From positions 124,001 to 188,000 of the forward strand of contig NIVC01000391.1 in NCBI GenBank assembly GCA_002269645.1: DNA of 64,000 nucleotides. Reading direction: 5' to 3'. The notes beneath the pieces were generated by a model. It made no database searches. It was not told the origin of the DNA and saw only the letters and a program-made list of their open reading frames with translations. Every line of letters starts with the position of its first letter. Within the stretch, counting starts at the first letter, position 1. The position numbers and the translations under genes are program-made. The stretch comes from Macrostomum lignano. Lineage: Eukaryota. Of this stretch, positions 10,101 to 19,410 are shown in pieces.

Positions 10101-12271
10101 TTACGTTTGACTTCAACAAGCAAATGTTCAAACTCAACAATACGGAACACCCACTAGTGAGTCAAATTCAAGTCCAGCCAAAAGTACACCTGACACACGA
10201 CGTCTTCATTCGACCGGAAAGCACTTACTGGATTCGAGCCTCAATTGTTACCTCGGACGAAGTAGAAGAAGCTATGATTTTTGAGCCAAAACGAAGATTA
10301 CTCACAAACCGAGAAATCCTCATTCCCACAGCACTGGTACTAATCACAGCCGACAAAACGATTCCGGTACAAATTGTCAATCCTAACCAGCACCCAGTGA
10401 GAATCTATGCAGGAACTTGCATTGGACACCTTAGCACACAAGCTTCAGTGATGCTTATTCAATCAACGTCGACAACATTACCAAGGCAACAATTCCTAGA
10501 ACAAATCGATCTGTCACAAAGCCCGATTACTGAAGAACAAAAGAACCAAGTTAAAGATCTTGTATGGAAATACAACGACGTCTTCTGCCACCACGACTAC
10601 GACATTGGGCGAGCCAAAGACATCAAACAGAAGATCACCTTGCTGCCACACCAGGAACCAATTCAATGCAAACTGTACCCAATTGCGAAACACCTACAAC
10701 AACATTTTGACAAAATCATCGAGAAAATGCTCAAAGCCGGCATCATCAAGAGGACAGTTTCAGCCTATTCCTCGCCATGCTTGCTTGTCGAGAAGAAAGA
10801 AACAAACGAGAGAAGACTTGTCTGCGATTTTCGAGTCCTAAACAAGTATATTCCGACAGATCAACAAAGTCTACCCAAGATTTCGGAACTTCTGGCAAGA
10901 CTCAACACAGCGACACTCTTCACAGTCTTTGACCTACATCATGGATTTTGGCAAATCGAACTAGAAGAAGATTCTAAGCAATACACAGCCTTCAAAACGT
11001 ACAAAGGAGAACTCTTCGCTTACCAAAGAAGTCCTATGGGAATTTCAAACTCACCTGCCACAATGAGCCGACTAACAGCCTACATGCTTGCGGGATGTAC
11101 CAATCTACTCCACTATGTCGACGACATTCTTGCTTTCGGAGAAGATTTCGAACAACTACTCCAAACGATGGAACTCGCGTTATTCCTTCTCAGGCAACAA
11201 GGTCTCAAGCTACAACCCACCAAGTGCAAGTTTTGCCGAAGCTCGGTACGCTACTTGGGACACCACGTATCCGCAAAAGGAATTTCACCGGATCCCAGTA
11301 ATGTGGAGAAGATAAAGAAATTCCCGCGACCAACCTCTATAACAAAATTGCAGTCATTTCTGGGACTTGCACAGTACTTCCGAAAGTTTCTGCCAAACTT
11401 TGCCAAAACTGCCCAACCGTTGTACGAACTGCTAAAACACCCAAAGTGGAAAGAAGAAAACTGGAAGGACAAACAACAAGAAAGCTTCGAAAAGATCAAA
11501 CACCAACTGACGACCGACGCCTTACTGCAACATCCAAACTTCCAAAAACCTTTCATCATTGAAACCGACGCCTCAGGAAGTGGACTAGGCGCAGTCCTAC
11601 TACAAGAAACGGAAAGAAAGGTCGAAAAACCCATCGCCTACATCAGTCGAGCTCTACGACCAAACAAAACCAAGTGGTCCGCCACAGAACGAGAATTACT
11701 TGGAGTTCTGTTTGCACTACGACAGTTTCACTACTACATTTACGGTTCTCCATTACCGACAATCATCAGGACCGATCATGTACCGCTGACACACGTTGTC
11801 AAGACGAAAGGACAGACTAACAACCGCCTCATCCGAATGACACTCAAAATTCAGGATTACAACTTCCAACTAGTCTACAAACCGGGACCACTCAACAAAG
11901 CCGCAGATGCCCTTTCCAGAGCCTACGAAGTCAATGCCATTCATCCAATTCCGAAAATGCAAGAATTGATTACGGCACAGCAAGACGACACCTTCTACAA
12001 GGCCGCACAAAGCAACAACGACACCACGCAAGCCAAATTAACAAAACAAGAAAGAAAATTCCTTAAAAAACAGAGCGACAATCTAATCTTCAAAGAAGCA
12101 ATCCTTTATTGGATCTGTGACAACATTCCGCGACTCTATCTGCCATATTTGTTTCGAGCCGCCATCTTGCAAGAATTGCACGACATGCCAAGAAACATGC
12201 CACGACAGGACACCTTTCTGCCAAGAAGACAATCGACCGAGTGGCAAAATTCTACTTTTGGCCGACAATGA
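7127..12271 (+). CDS. pol: Env-Pol polyprotein: leader, internal signal sequence, class III-like glycoprotein, TM, tail, aspartic protease, RT, RNase H; in frame with gag across one TAG
   Basis: Codons 7127-7162 are open and in the gag frame. LLDSGS protease (~9851), RLVCDFRVLN, DLHHGFWQI, YVDD (11114-11125), ETDASGSGLGAVL and TDH RNase H motifs. Confidence 0.92.
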   Translation, partial: VSEQQAIEPKFSVEELTPDFSINVLDTLLEDTDYLLPSPVVHESEPKYENLATILAAERRKRTNKAVNTQPFHLTRNQFTQTEDNTYVMMNVGELRQETSSMPTQPEFMDTFRSHPTTCHPPAYQEPLTPVPHSRKWFFHPQDITPAEEPENDYEELDETTITSHSNNREGQEQSMSIPKKSKKRHPLIKWLFAMILLVLLPLVTSTSVPMICPTDATIQPVIYKIPTEVKCSYFKTNQTKPLPLTIDIYKANTKKHRQMGIVCFRDKDELKKIWMVQWNRIRYWQTSMKVSHEECLQWNQTLFSKDGELKLHDTSASGAQLFRTNNVADGRYVHYHAARWPLYTVYNSYLIRNVLFYHNPFDNMESLQLPLDQCHYSSGYCATPNYYKEEAQNLPLAPNYFHNYRYQIEYRSDSRYKEPSRTRKYFIAWEVKTEIDCKLRKYHTVQGKLLSNTFLADSGDLALTFPKQPSYTQLKCKDNNEQLILSDQEIPIMLKDMEKSVFLKVVNGTYPKEETLERQKRNLDKPSLVSARLLAAKLATMEHKLHKQLNYLHRSMVKLTCQMHETSLNYARQNYYVNPTTTFRKITGIEDVLAIPVYGYLLIYKCTPIQHFNILPAKTATTCYDKPRIEAFHNGRRIQGFLDTVHNIIVGTAIPRPCTNSANYFNVNGLLHQISSMGDIKNISNSQLIVDEMYEMSDLQLKFNKPFGDIKLDEITPGWTINDFLQVFISQRQLLTKLFTERQRDAKRPTSPMGMTMHNAIQSFWSNSFLDLIQGRGSLYQGFIFSSACIVWVHLALIILVTAVRCAARACPQQLHIFPVGQKEDETKEEPTENTPLQEMTPPVPMPTAPTTQDIYPKINHKLATPLPTPPPHNSDPKWPENYVCTLQANMGRAVAQVLINNLPSKALLDSGSSITVITKKLCNKLQLTLRPASIAIAGAGGHALNILGQAGITLKIANKQLPVQAYIIDHLPNQDMIIGIDTFRQLKLPLTFDFNKQMFKLNNTEHPLVSQIQVQPKVHLTHDVFIRPESTYWIRASIVTSDEVEEAMIFEPKRRLLTNREILIPTALVLITADKTIPVQIVNPNQHPVRIYAGTCIGHLSTQASVMLIQSTSTTLPRQQFLEQIDLSQSPITEEQKNQVKDLVWKYNDVFCHHDYDIGRAKDIKQKITLLPHQEPIQCKLYPIAKHLQQHFDKIIEKMLKAGIIKRTVSAYSSPCLLVEKKETNERRLVCDFRVLNKYIPTDQQSLPKISELLARLNTATLFTVFDLHHGFWQIELEEDSKQYTAFKTYKGELFAYQRSPMGISNSPATMSRLTAYMLAGCTNLLHYVDDILAFGEDFEQLLQTMELALFLLRQQGLKLQPTKCKFCRSSVRYLGHHVSAKGISPDPSNVEKIKKFPRPTSITKLQSFLGLAQYFRKFLPNFAKTAQPLYELLKHPKWKEENWKDKQQESFEKIKHQLTTDALLQHPNFQKPFIIETDASGSGLGAVLLQETERKVEKPIAYISRALRPNKTKWSATERELLGVLFALRQFHYYIYGSPLPTIIRTDHVPLTHVVKTKGQTNNRLIRMTLKIQDYNFQLVYKPGPLNKAADALSRAYEVNAIHPIPKMQELITAQQDDTFYKAAQSNNDTTQAKLTKQERKFLKKQSDNLIFKEAILYWICDNIPRLYLPYLFRAAILQELHDMPRNMPRQDTFLPRRQSTEWQNSTFGRQ
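7688..9541 (+). CDS. Envelope-like fusion glycoprotein domain (herpes gB / chuvirus G / rhabdovirus G-like class III fold, inferred)
   Basis: Hydrophobic signal LIKWLFAMILLVLLPLVTS, Cys-rich ectodomain with N-x-T/S sequons, furin-type RQKR (8681-8692), gB-like NPTTTFRKITGIEDVLAIPVYGYLLIYKC and CYDKPRI..GFL..PC..YF blocks, TM segment at ~9473-9541. Confidence 0.75.
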
Positions 12272-13341
12272 CCAAAGACATCAGCAAATATTGCCACGAA
12301 TGCCATTCATGCGCAGCCGCCAAAACAGGACGACGCCAAAAGCCACAATTACAAACGGTACCTAAAACAACGACATGGGACACAGTCTCCCTCGACATTA
12401 CGGGACCGCTACCTGCCGCACGACAACACTCAATCAACTATACCTACATTCTCACCGCTCTCGACGTCTTCTCGAAATTTGCTGTAGCAATTCCACTGCC
12501 GAACATTACCGCCGAAACAGTAGCTATGACATTCTACAACGAGATTGTCTGCAAGTATGGAACACCTAAGACTCTAACCACCGACAACGGAACACAGTTC
12601 ACTTCACAAATATTTCAACAAGCTGCAAAACTGCTTAACATACAACAAATCTTTACGTCAACCTACAACCCCAAGGCAAACCTAGTAGAAAGATTTCACC
12701 GCAACCTACACGAAATGTTGACTCATTATGTCTACAAGCAACCAGAAGACTGGATCATCTACCTGCAAGCAGTAACGATGGCATACAACAGCGCGAGACA
12801 TCGGTCAACAGACAATACGCCATTCTTCTTAATGTTCGCTCGAGATTTTCAACCGCCCAGCCTACTCGCCAAACAATTACTGCCATCTCAGTATGTGGAA
12901 ACACCGTCGACACTCCACACCTTTGCAACACAACTACACCTGGCTTGGCAAATTGCCAAACATAATCTTGACAACCAGACGGCAACATCGACAACAGCCA
13001 ACAACGCATCTACGCTACAAGTCGGAGATATGGTCTACTTGCACTATCCAGCCCAACAGACGCATAAACACGCTCAAAAGTACAAAGGACCATTTTGAGT
13101 ATCAGCACTGACTTCGGCAACCACAGCCAAACTGGCCAATGTCCAAGATCCACATCAGCCGCAGTTCTATGTGCACATTCAACGACTGAAACGCATCAAC
13201 ACAGACTCTACGTTTCTGCCAAATTTAAACAATGAAAATCACACAAAAACACCGTCTAAACATATTGCTACTTCTCACGCCGAAACACAAACTACGGACA
13301 ATTCCCCAACTAACCACTCCTATAACCTCAGACCCCGCTAG
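12200..13341 (+). pseudogene. Integrase of element 1 (HHCC, DDE, GPF module), frameshifted from pol near 12190 and with a TGA at 13096-13098
   Basis: TGHLSAKKTIDRVAKFYFWP..CHEC, SLDITGP, TDNG, NLVERFHR; after KGPF* the frame continues VSALT..VHIQRLK..HSYNLRPR-TAG (13341). Confidence 0.9.
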
Positions 13342-13447
13342 ATTACTAACACCCGTGTGGAACTCGGGAAAGAATAAGTCCACAGCTCCTCTGTGCTTGT
13401 CGTAAGAGGCGACTCAACAGATATTCCTTAGCAACCGAAACGCAACA

Positions 13448-14116
13448 ATGGCTAACACATTCGAATGCCCTGTCTGTCTAGACGACACTCTCACCAAGAA
13501 ACCTCCGTGTATATGTGTAAATAACCACCGTGTATGCGGATCCTGCTTAAGTGATGCTCACCATATCCAGCCCTGGCAAGCCTGCCCCATGTGTCGTGGC
13601 GCCCTACGACAATGTATGGTTTGTACATCATGGCGCACCTACAAGTTCTGTACAAATGAACATTTTCTATGCATGCAGTGTACCAAGAAATTAGCCACTC
13701 GAGAAGTGCTTATGTGTCCTGAATGCGATGCTTTTCCTCTAGTAAAAATGCGCGATCAACTTTTACGTATACAACCGGTACAAACGGTTCAGTTATCTGC
13801 ATCCATAGTGCATCAACTCGCTCCAATAGACGCTATTCGCCGACTAGATGAGTGGCCCCTTCCTAGAAACTCTCGCTCCGCATATGTGCACCTCGTTATG
13901 TACGCACATCATAATAGACACCAATTAATACTCTTTCCGTTACAATGTATTCAGCAACGTCTTTTACGGTACCTATCAATATGCGAGCAACCAAGTCTCC
14001 CATTTCACTGTGCTATAATACCACTACTTATCAAAAAGCATGCCGATTTAACCATGTTAGTAACGTACAATGAGTTAACAGCCTGGCAAGGCAATACGTA
14101 CGACGAAGTAGATTAG
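13448..14116 (+). CDS. Accessory ORF A, 222 aa: two tandem RING-like zinc fingers plus a C-terminal EWPLP domain (putative E3 ligase)
   Basis: FECPVC..C.NNH.VCGSC..CPMCR (SINA/Siah-like spacing), then CMVC..CTNEHFLCMQC..CPEC. Confidence 0.8.
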   Translation: MANTFECPVCLDDTLTKKPPCICVNNHRVCGSCLSDAHHIQPWQACPMCRGALRQCMVCTSWRTYKFCTNEHFLCMQCTKKLATREVLMCPECDAFPLVKMRDQLLRIQPVQTVQLSASIVHQLAPIDAIRRLDEWPLPRNSRSAYVHLVMYAHHNRHQLILFPLQCIQQRLLRYLSICEQPSLPFHCAIIPLLIKKHADLTMLVTYNELTAWQGNTYDEVD

Positions 14117-14149
14117 TAAAGTTTACCAGTACCTTCCCTTATTCCCCAG

Positions 14150-14752
14150 ATGGAATCATGTCCCGTGTGCTACGAGGAAGAAATCACACCATACGTCTAC
14201 TGCCAGAACGCACATAGGCTGTGTTTCCTCTGCCGCACTACAGAACTGATTGACAAGTGCCCCCTGTGCCGAGCACCACCTACCAACTGCCAAGTGTGCA
14301 ACGCCGTCCCACAAAGGCAACTCTGTGAAAACAAGCACTGGGTATGCCACGACTACGTCATGTCGATACAGCGATACAACATTACAAGGTGTGTCACCTG
14401 CGCTCAACCAATCTTAATCGACACCCCGGGCAACAATGAATTCAAAATCACGCTAACGACGGACACCTTAAACAACTTAAGGACAACTGATCTTGCCCAG
14501 ATCATCAGAGAGTGGCCTATACCCTACAACCGGCAACCGCAGCTAACCTTCTTGTTCCAACGGGCCCGACATTACGCCATGACGACAAACGCCCTTCCTG
14601 CGGAGGAAATCTACCTCAACCTACTTCACGAGACCAACACTCAGGAGTACACAGCAGTTCAACATCTCATTTGGCCCATAGCATTACTAACGGCAAGTAT
14701 CAATAACTACTTTATCACAACGCTCAACAACCACTTTGCTTCTTGCTACTAA
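14150..14752 (+). CDS. Accessory ORF B, 200 aa: double RING-like paralogue
   Basis: CPVC..CQNAHRLCFLC..CPLCR; the second finger has Tyr at one Cys position (CHDY); IREWPIP motif. Confidence 0.8.
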   Translation: MESCPVCYEEEITPYVYCQNAHRLCFLCRTTELIDKCPLCRAPPTNCQVCNAVPQRQLCENKHWVCHDYVMSIQRYNITRCVTCAQPILIDTPGNNEFKITLTTDTLNNLRTTDLAQIIREWPIPYNRQPQLTFLFQRARHYAMTTNALPAEEIYLNLLHETNTQEYTAVQHLIWPIALLTASINNYFITTLNNHFASCY

Positions 14753-14953
14753 ACATTCACATAGCTCAATTGACTAACACTTAGTGATGAAAGATAAGAA
14801 ACTCTACGCCATAATCACAAGCGATAACCATCGCAACTCTCAAGCCCACTACAACTAGTCCACCATAATATATATATGTCTGCCACTACTCGCCTACATA
14901 CATAGCACACGCCCTACGAAACTACCCTACCACGCTACCATAACTTGCTTATA

Positions 14954-15562
14954 ATGTCTGCAGTAGAATGCCCTGTCTGCCTGGAGGAGGCCACCTACCA
15001 GCAGGTGATGTGCCAATACGGGCACAAAACCTGCTTCAGGTGCGTCGACTCCAGCATGATAGCCACTTGTCCACTATGTCGCGACCCACTCATAGCGTGT
15101 AGCCTTTGTGGGGACAATCCCCAGGTGAAGCTGTGCCAGTCTCGTCACTGGTGCTGCTTCACCTGCCTGCAAAGGCTGGGTACACGTGGTATCACCTATT
15201 GCCCTAATTGCCTTGACACTCTCCTTCCCCCGACAGTAGAATTAAACCAAAATACCGAAATCTGGCCAGAGGTGGGCCTGTATAACCTGGAACAATTCAC
15301 CGAATGAGAAATCGCCAGCAACATCCGAGAGTGGCCGCTGCCGGTCAAATTGCACGACGCACGCCAGCGACTGCTAGCTTTCGGCCGGCAACAAGCGGTT
15401 ACGGAACCGCCTAGATCGGCGGAGGACATCTACAACCAACTAACTAATACGATGAACAGCTCCCACTACATCCCACTACAACATCTGTTCTGGCCAGTCG
15501 CCATCTTGGTGACACGAACGCAACGATACATCCGGCGCACTTTGACGGACATTTTTCAGTAA
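14954..15562 (+). pseudogene. Accessory ORF C: double RING-like paralogue with an in-frame TGA at 15305-15307
   Basis: ECPVC..CQYGHKTCFRC..CPLCR, CSLC..CQSRHWCCFTC..CPNC; ORFs 14945-15307 and 15350-15562 share one frame; IREWPLP follows the stop. Confidence 0.8.
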
Positions 15563-15807
15563 ACACTGACACTATCATGTACTTAACGGTTTTACTTCTA
15601 TGTGTGTATCTTGTACCTTCATATTTGATTCTCCTCATTACGTGAAACATTGCTCCGTTTTCACTATTTCATTTCACCTATATGTAATTGCTTCAGAATC
15701 AGGCATGCGATGGTATCATGAAAATCACTGTAACCACCGTGTAAATAAAATAATATCCACCATTTAATTACTCACATTTTAACACAAATTCGAGACAAAT
15801 TTTTCGT

Positions 15808-15822
15808 AAAAAAGGGAGATAT
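15808..15822 (+). promoter_or_regulatory. Polypurine tract of element 1
   Basis: AAAAAAGGGAGATAT immediately before the 3' LTR. Confidence 0.85.
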
Positions 15823-16820
15823 TGTAGAGATCTCCAAATACGATACAAAGTAAACTACTGTAAGTAGTAACATAAAAATGCGAAAAACTTGAATGTTATA
15901 AAAATTGCAAACTGTCATACTCTATTTTAAGACCGTGAATACAACGTACAACGAAGCATGAGACAAGTTGCAACGATGGTGAAATATGTCGCAACTATGG
16001 TGAAATATGATGAAATAAGATAAAATCTGATGAAATATGATGAAATATGAGTCGCGCTACTAAATATATACCAAAAATTCGACTATAAATATAAGCGTAA
16101 AATCCGAGCTGAAACCTCAGACTCGGAGCAGCCTCAAAAGATCTTGTGGTTAGTTAGAGCAACTAATCGAGGCTATATCTCTGGGAGAGAAGCGTATCAA
16201 TTGTGAAGTGTTGTTCAAGTCTTCGTTATTTTGATTAATTGAGAGCGATTTTATTGCCGGCTGGCCGTTGCTGATCCACTGACTTTACTGAGACTATTTG
16301 AGGCCTCCCATTTTCCTAAGGGATTGGATAGGATCTGCGGACCGATTCCGATACCCTTAGAGGATTACTGACTGTTGATTTGGATTATCCTAGGTTAACC
16401 GATAGGAGCACACGACTCCGATTCTGTTAGATCTAGAAGAAGACGCCCCCTTTGGAGGACCTCGCGTTAGAATTTGAGTTTATTAGGGCGCACTGTTGAT
16501 ACTGATTTGGCACTCGAGAAGCGTACTGAATCCCGCACTCAAGGAGATATTTCGACGTCGACTTCACTGTTCTGCTCTCACTCTCGGCCGACTTTGGACT
16601 TCGAAGACTTCAAGAAGATTCCTCCGGAGAAGAAGATTGGAAGAAGCGAACTCTACAAACGCGCGCAACAAAGAAGAAACAAGGAACAAGCTCGGAGAAC
16701 CTGCCCGACACAGAAGAAGAGCCCGCCACAGTAAGTGAACACGTTAATTTTGTTCCTAGGCTTAAGTGTCTGGAAGTGGGAGTTTTCGGGAGACTGATCA
16801 CCTCCCGAATCAACTCCTCA
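15823..16820 (+). repeat. 3' LTR of element 1
   Basis: Direct repeat of 4310-5307 followed by TSD ACCC. Confidence 0.97.
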
Positions 16821-18139
16821 ACCCTAACTGCACCACAGTGACATGATGGATGGGGGGACTGCTTCACACTTTTCAGCCTCCCGTTGCCTCCCCCTACTTT
16901 GTAACACCATGCCATACCTCCTGCTGCTCCCTATTGGAATAAGTTGACAAAATGCAGATGACCATTCATCACATTTTCAGATTCTCCTGGTGTCATGTTG
17001 CGCAACAGTGGTATCAAGTGGTGTATCGAGTTGCGCAATAGTGCCATCTAGCATTGTGTTGCGTTGCGGCTGCACAACACTGTGGCAACCTGGTGTCATC
17101 ATGTGTCACATTGTGGCCTGAATCTGCAGCCAAAACCTCGCAAACTGCATTTCATTGTAATCTGTTCACAGTTGTTTCTCAGTATTTAAATGTTTCAAAC
17201 ATGTTTGATAATAACTAGTTCTTGAAATTTGTTTTTATTTATTTTAACAGTAAAGTAAACAATACTTCAAATATAATTTTTAGAAATGTTACTTGTTAGT
17301 TACAATGCAGGCGCTGTTTTTCTAACTGTTGTACCTTTGTTGTTTACTTTTTATTGTTTTTAAATTTCATTTCTTTTTCTGAGAAATTGAAAGGAATACT
17401 CTGATCCCTCACCCCATGGTCTCAGTCTCGAGAGTGAATGGCAGAATGGGAATTGTAAATTTAAGTGAATGCTTGATGCCCTGATTTTGTCTCCCCCAGT
17501 CATTTGGTCAACAGACATTGGTGTCACGTCGCCGCGTCACCCCCCTACCAGTCAACAAAATTTAGTGTCATATCACACTTTTGAGGGTACAATTTTGGCA
17601 CCTGTGTGGGAGGAGGAGTCAGCAGGTTTTTGAAACTTTTTCCAATAGGGCTGCTGCTTTGCCCTGCCATGCTATGCCAGGCTGATAAGCGCTAGATGCT
17701 ATCCACCAAAATGTCTATGCATTGCAATTGGACTTTTTGTAGGTTCCACCATAGCCATAGTTATGGCTATGGGATCTTACAGCAAATATGGTAAAATAGG
17801 TGCCTATGGCAGCTACAGATATGCCTATGGTAGCTAGCTGCTCTTATGGCTACGACTACAGAAATATAATAGTTGCTGTCACATTCTATGGATTCCTATA
17901 GCCGTAGTTATTAATTTTTTAAAATTTAAAAAAGTATTAGAAATAGGTAGAGTAAAACAAAGATACTTTGGTAAACTGTATTATCAACTTAGAAAATAAA
18001 TAAAATATGAGGCCAACTCTGTTGGCAGAAAAAAGGGGATAGAACTCCCATTGCCAGAATTTCATTCCCTGAAATCCATCAGCTGAATCCAATGACACAA
18101 ATCCCATCGTCCAAATCCTCTCCAAAATTCTATTAACCT

Positions 18140-19410
18140 CCCAAAAACCATGTTGTTTTACCTGTTTGCAAAAATTGACTGCTTGCCATTGTCCAGACTG
18201 AGACTCTCGTCTGTCTCTCTCCTCTTTGCTCTCTTATCTCTAATCTCCTCTCTGCTCTTATCTGCTTATTTATCTATCATTTCTCATCTCATCTCTCATC
18301 TCTCCTTTCTGCACTCTCATATCTACTCTCTTTTTTCTCCTTACTACTTTTTCCTCTCTCCTCTTTTATCTCTTCTCTCTCCTCTCCTTTATCTCCTCTC
18401 TGCTCTCATCTCTCCCTTATCCTCTCCCTCCCCTCATCTCTACTCATTTATCTTTTCTCTCTCATCTTTCGGCTCTACTCCCTCCTGTCTCCTCTTTCTC
18501 CTCTCTTTCTAATCCCCTCATCTTTTCTCTCACCTTTATTCTCTTTTTTTCTTTTCTCTAATCTGTCCCTTTTAATTCTCTCTTTTTATGTTCTCTTTCA
18601 TCTAATATTTTATCTACTCTTTCCTTTTCTCTTTTCTTTACTCCCTTTCATTTAGCCATTTCATCCTCTCTATGAAACAGATATCATCTAAATCCTTTCC
18701 ATTAAACTGCAATCCAGCGTGTATCATCTCCTTCAAGCTATAATCCATCAATTTAAAAAAATATTATCTCTATCAAATTTCAGTCAATCAAGACTATGAA
18801 ACTGAAGTCTATAAAAATTTGCTTTTTACTTGTTTGGGTATTGTCAAAAAATCTTCAAAATCCTCCATAAAACCTCTGAAACATCATAGCATGTTTTCCC
18901 TGTTTGCAAAAATTGACTGCCATGGTCCAGACTGAGACTCTCTTGTCTCCTCTCTCCTCTTTGCTCCTTTATCTAATCTCTTCTCTCTGCTCTCATCTCC
19001 TCTCTCATCTCTACTCTTATTTTCTTATCAATCATCTCCCATCTCTCATCTCTCCTCTCTGCACTCGCATCTCTATTTTCTCATCTCTATTCTCTCATCT
19101 TTCCTCTCTCCTCTCTACTGTCTCCTGTCTCATCTCTTCTCTCTCCTCTGTACTCTCTTATCCTTCCTCTCTCCTCTCCATCTTTCCTCCCTCCTTTGCT
19201 CTCTCATTTTTCCTCTCTCCCATCCTTTCTTCCTTCTACATTCTCTTCTCTTCACTTTCCCTCTTCATCATTCCTGCCTCACTCCCCTCTTCTCTCCCCT
19301 CTGTCGTCGACTCATCTTTAATCCCTCAGCTCTCATATCTACTGTTGTTTCTATCATCTTTCTATCATCTTTTCTTGAAATCTCTCTTCTCTCTACTCTT
19401 TTATCTGATG
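18140..19410. repeat. Two related CT-rich low-complexity blocks (~18140-18660 and ~18885-19410) with a shared ~55-bp head
   Basis: Both start CCTGTTTGCAAAAATTGACTGC..GTCCAGACTGAGACTCTC followed by polypyrimidine sequence. Confidence 0.7.

Larger units (their letters stand above)
4310..16820 (+). mobile_element. Full-length Ty3/Gypsy (Metaviridae-like) LTR element 1, 12.5 kb, gag-env-pol order plus three RING accessory ORFs; this copy defective
   Basis: Two 998-bp TG...CA LTRs, 4-bp TSD ACCC (4306-4309; 16821-16824), PBS, PPT, PR-RT-RH-INT order. Confidence 0.97.

Noticed and set aside
6656-15307. Alternative genetic code or selenocysteine reading of the three TGA codons
   Set aside because: Other ORFs in the window terminate at TGA normally, Trp is encoded by TGG, and CGA>TGA decay is the simpler explanation.
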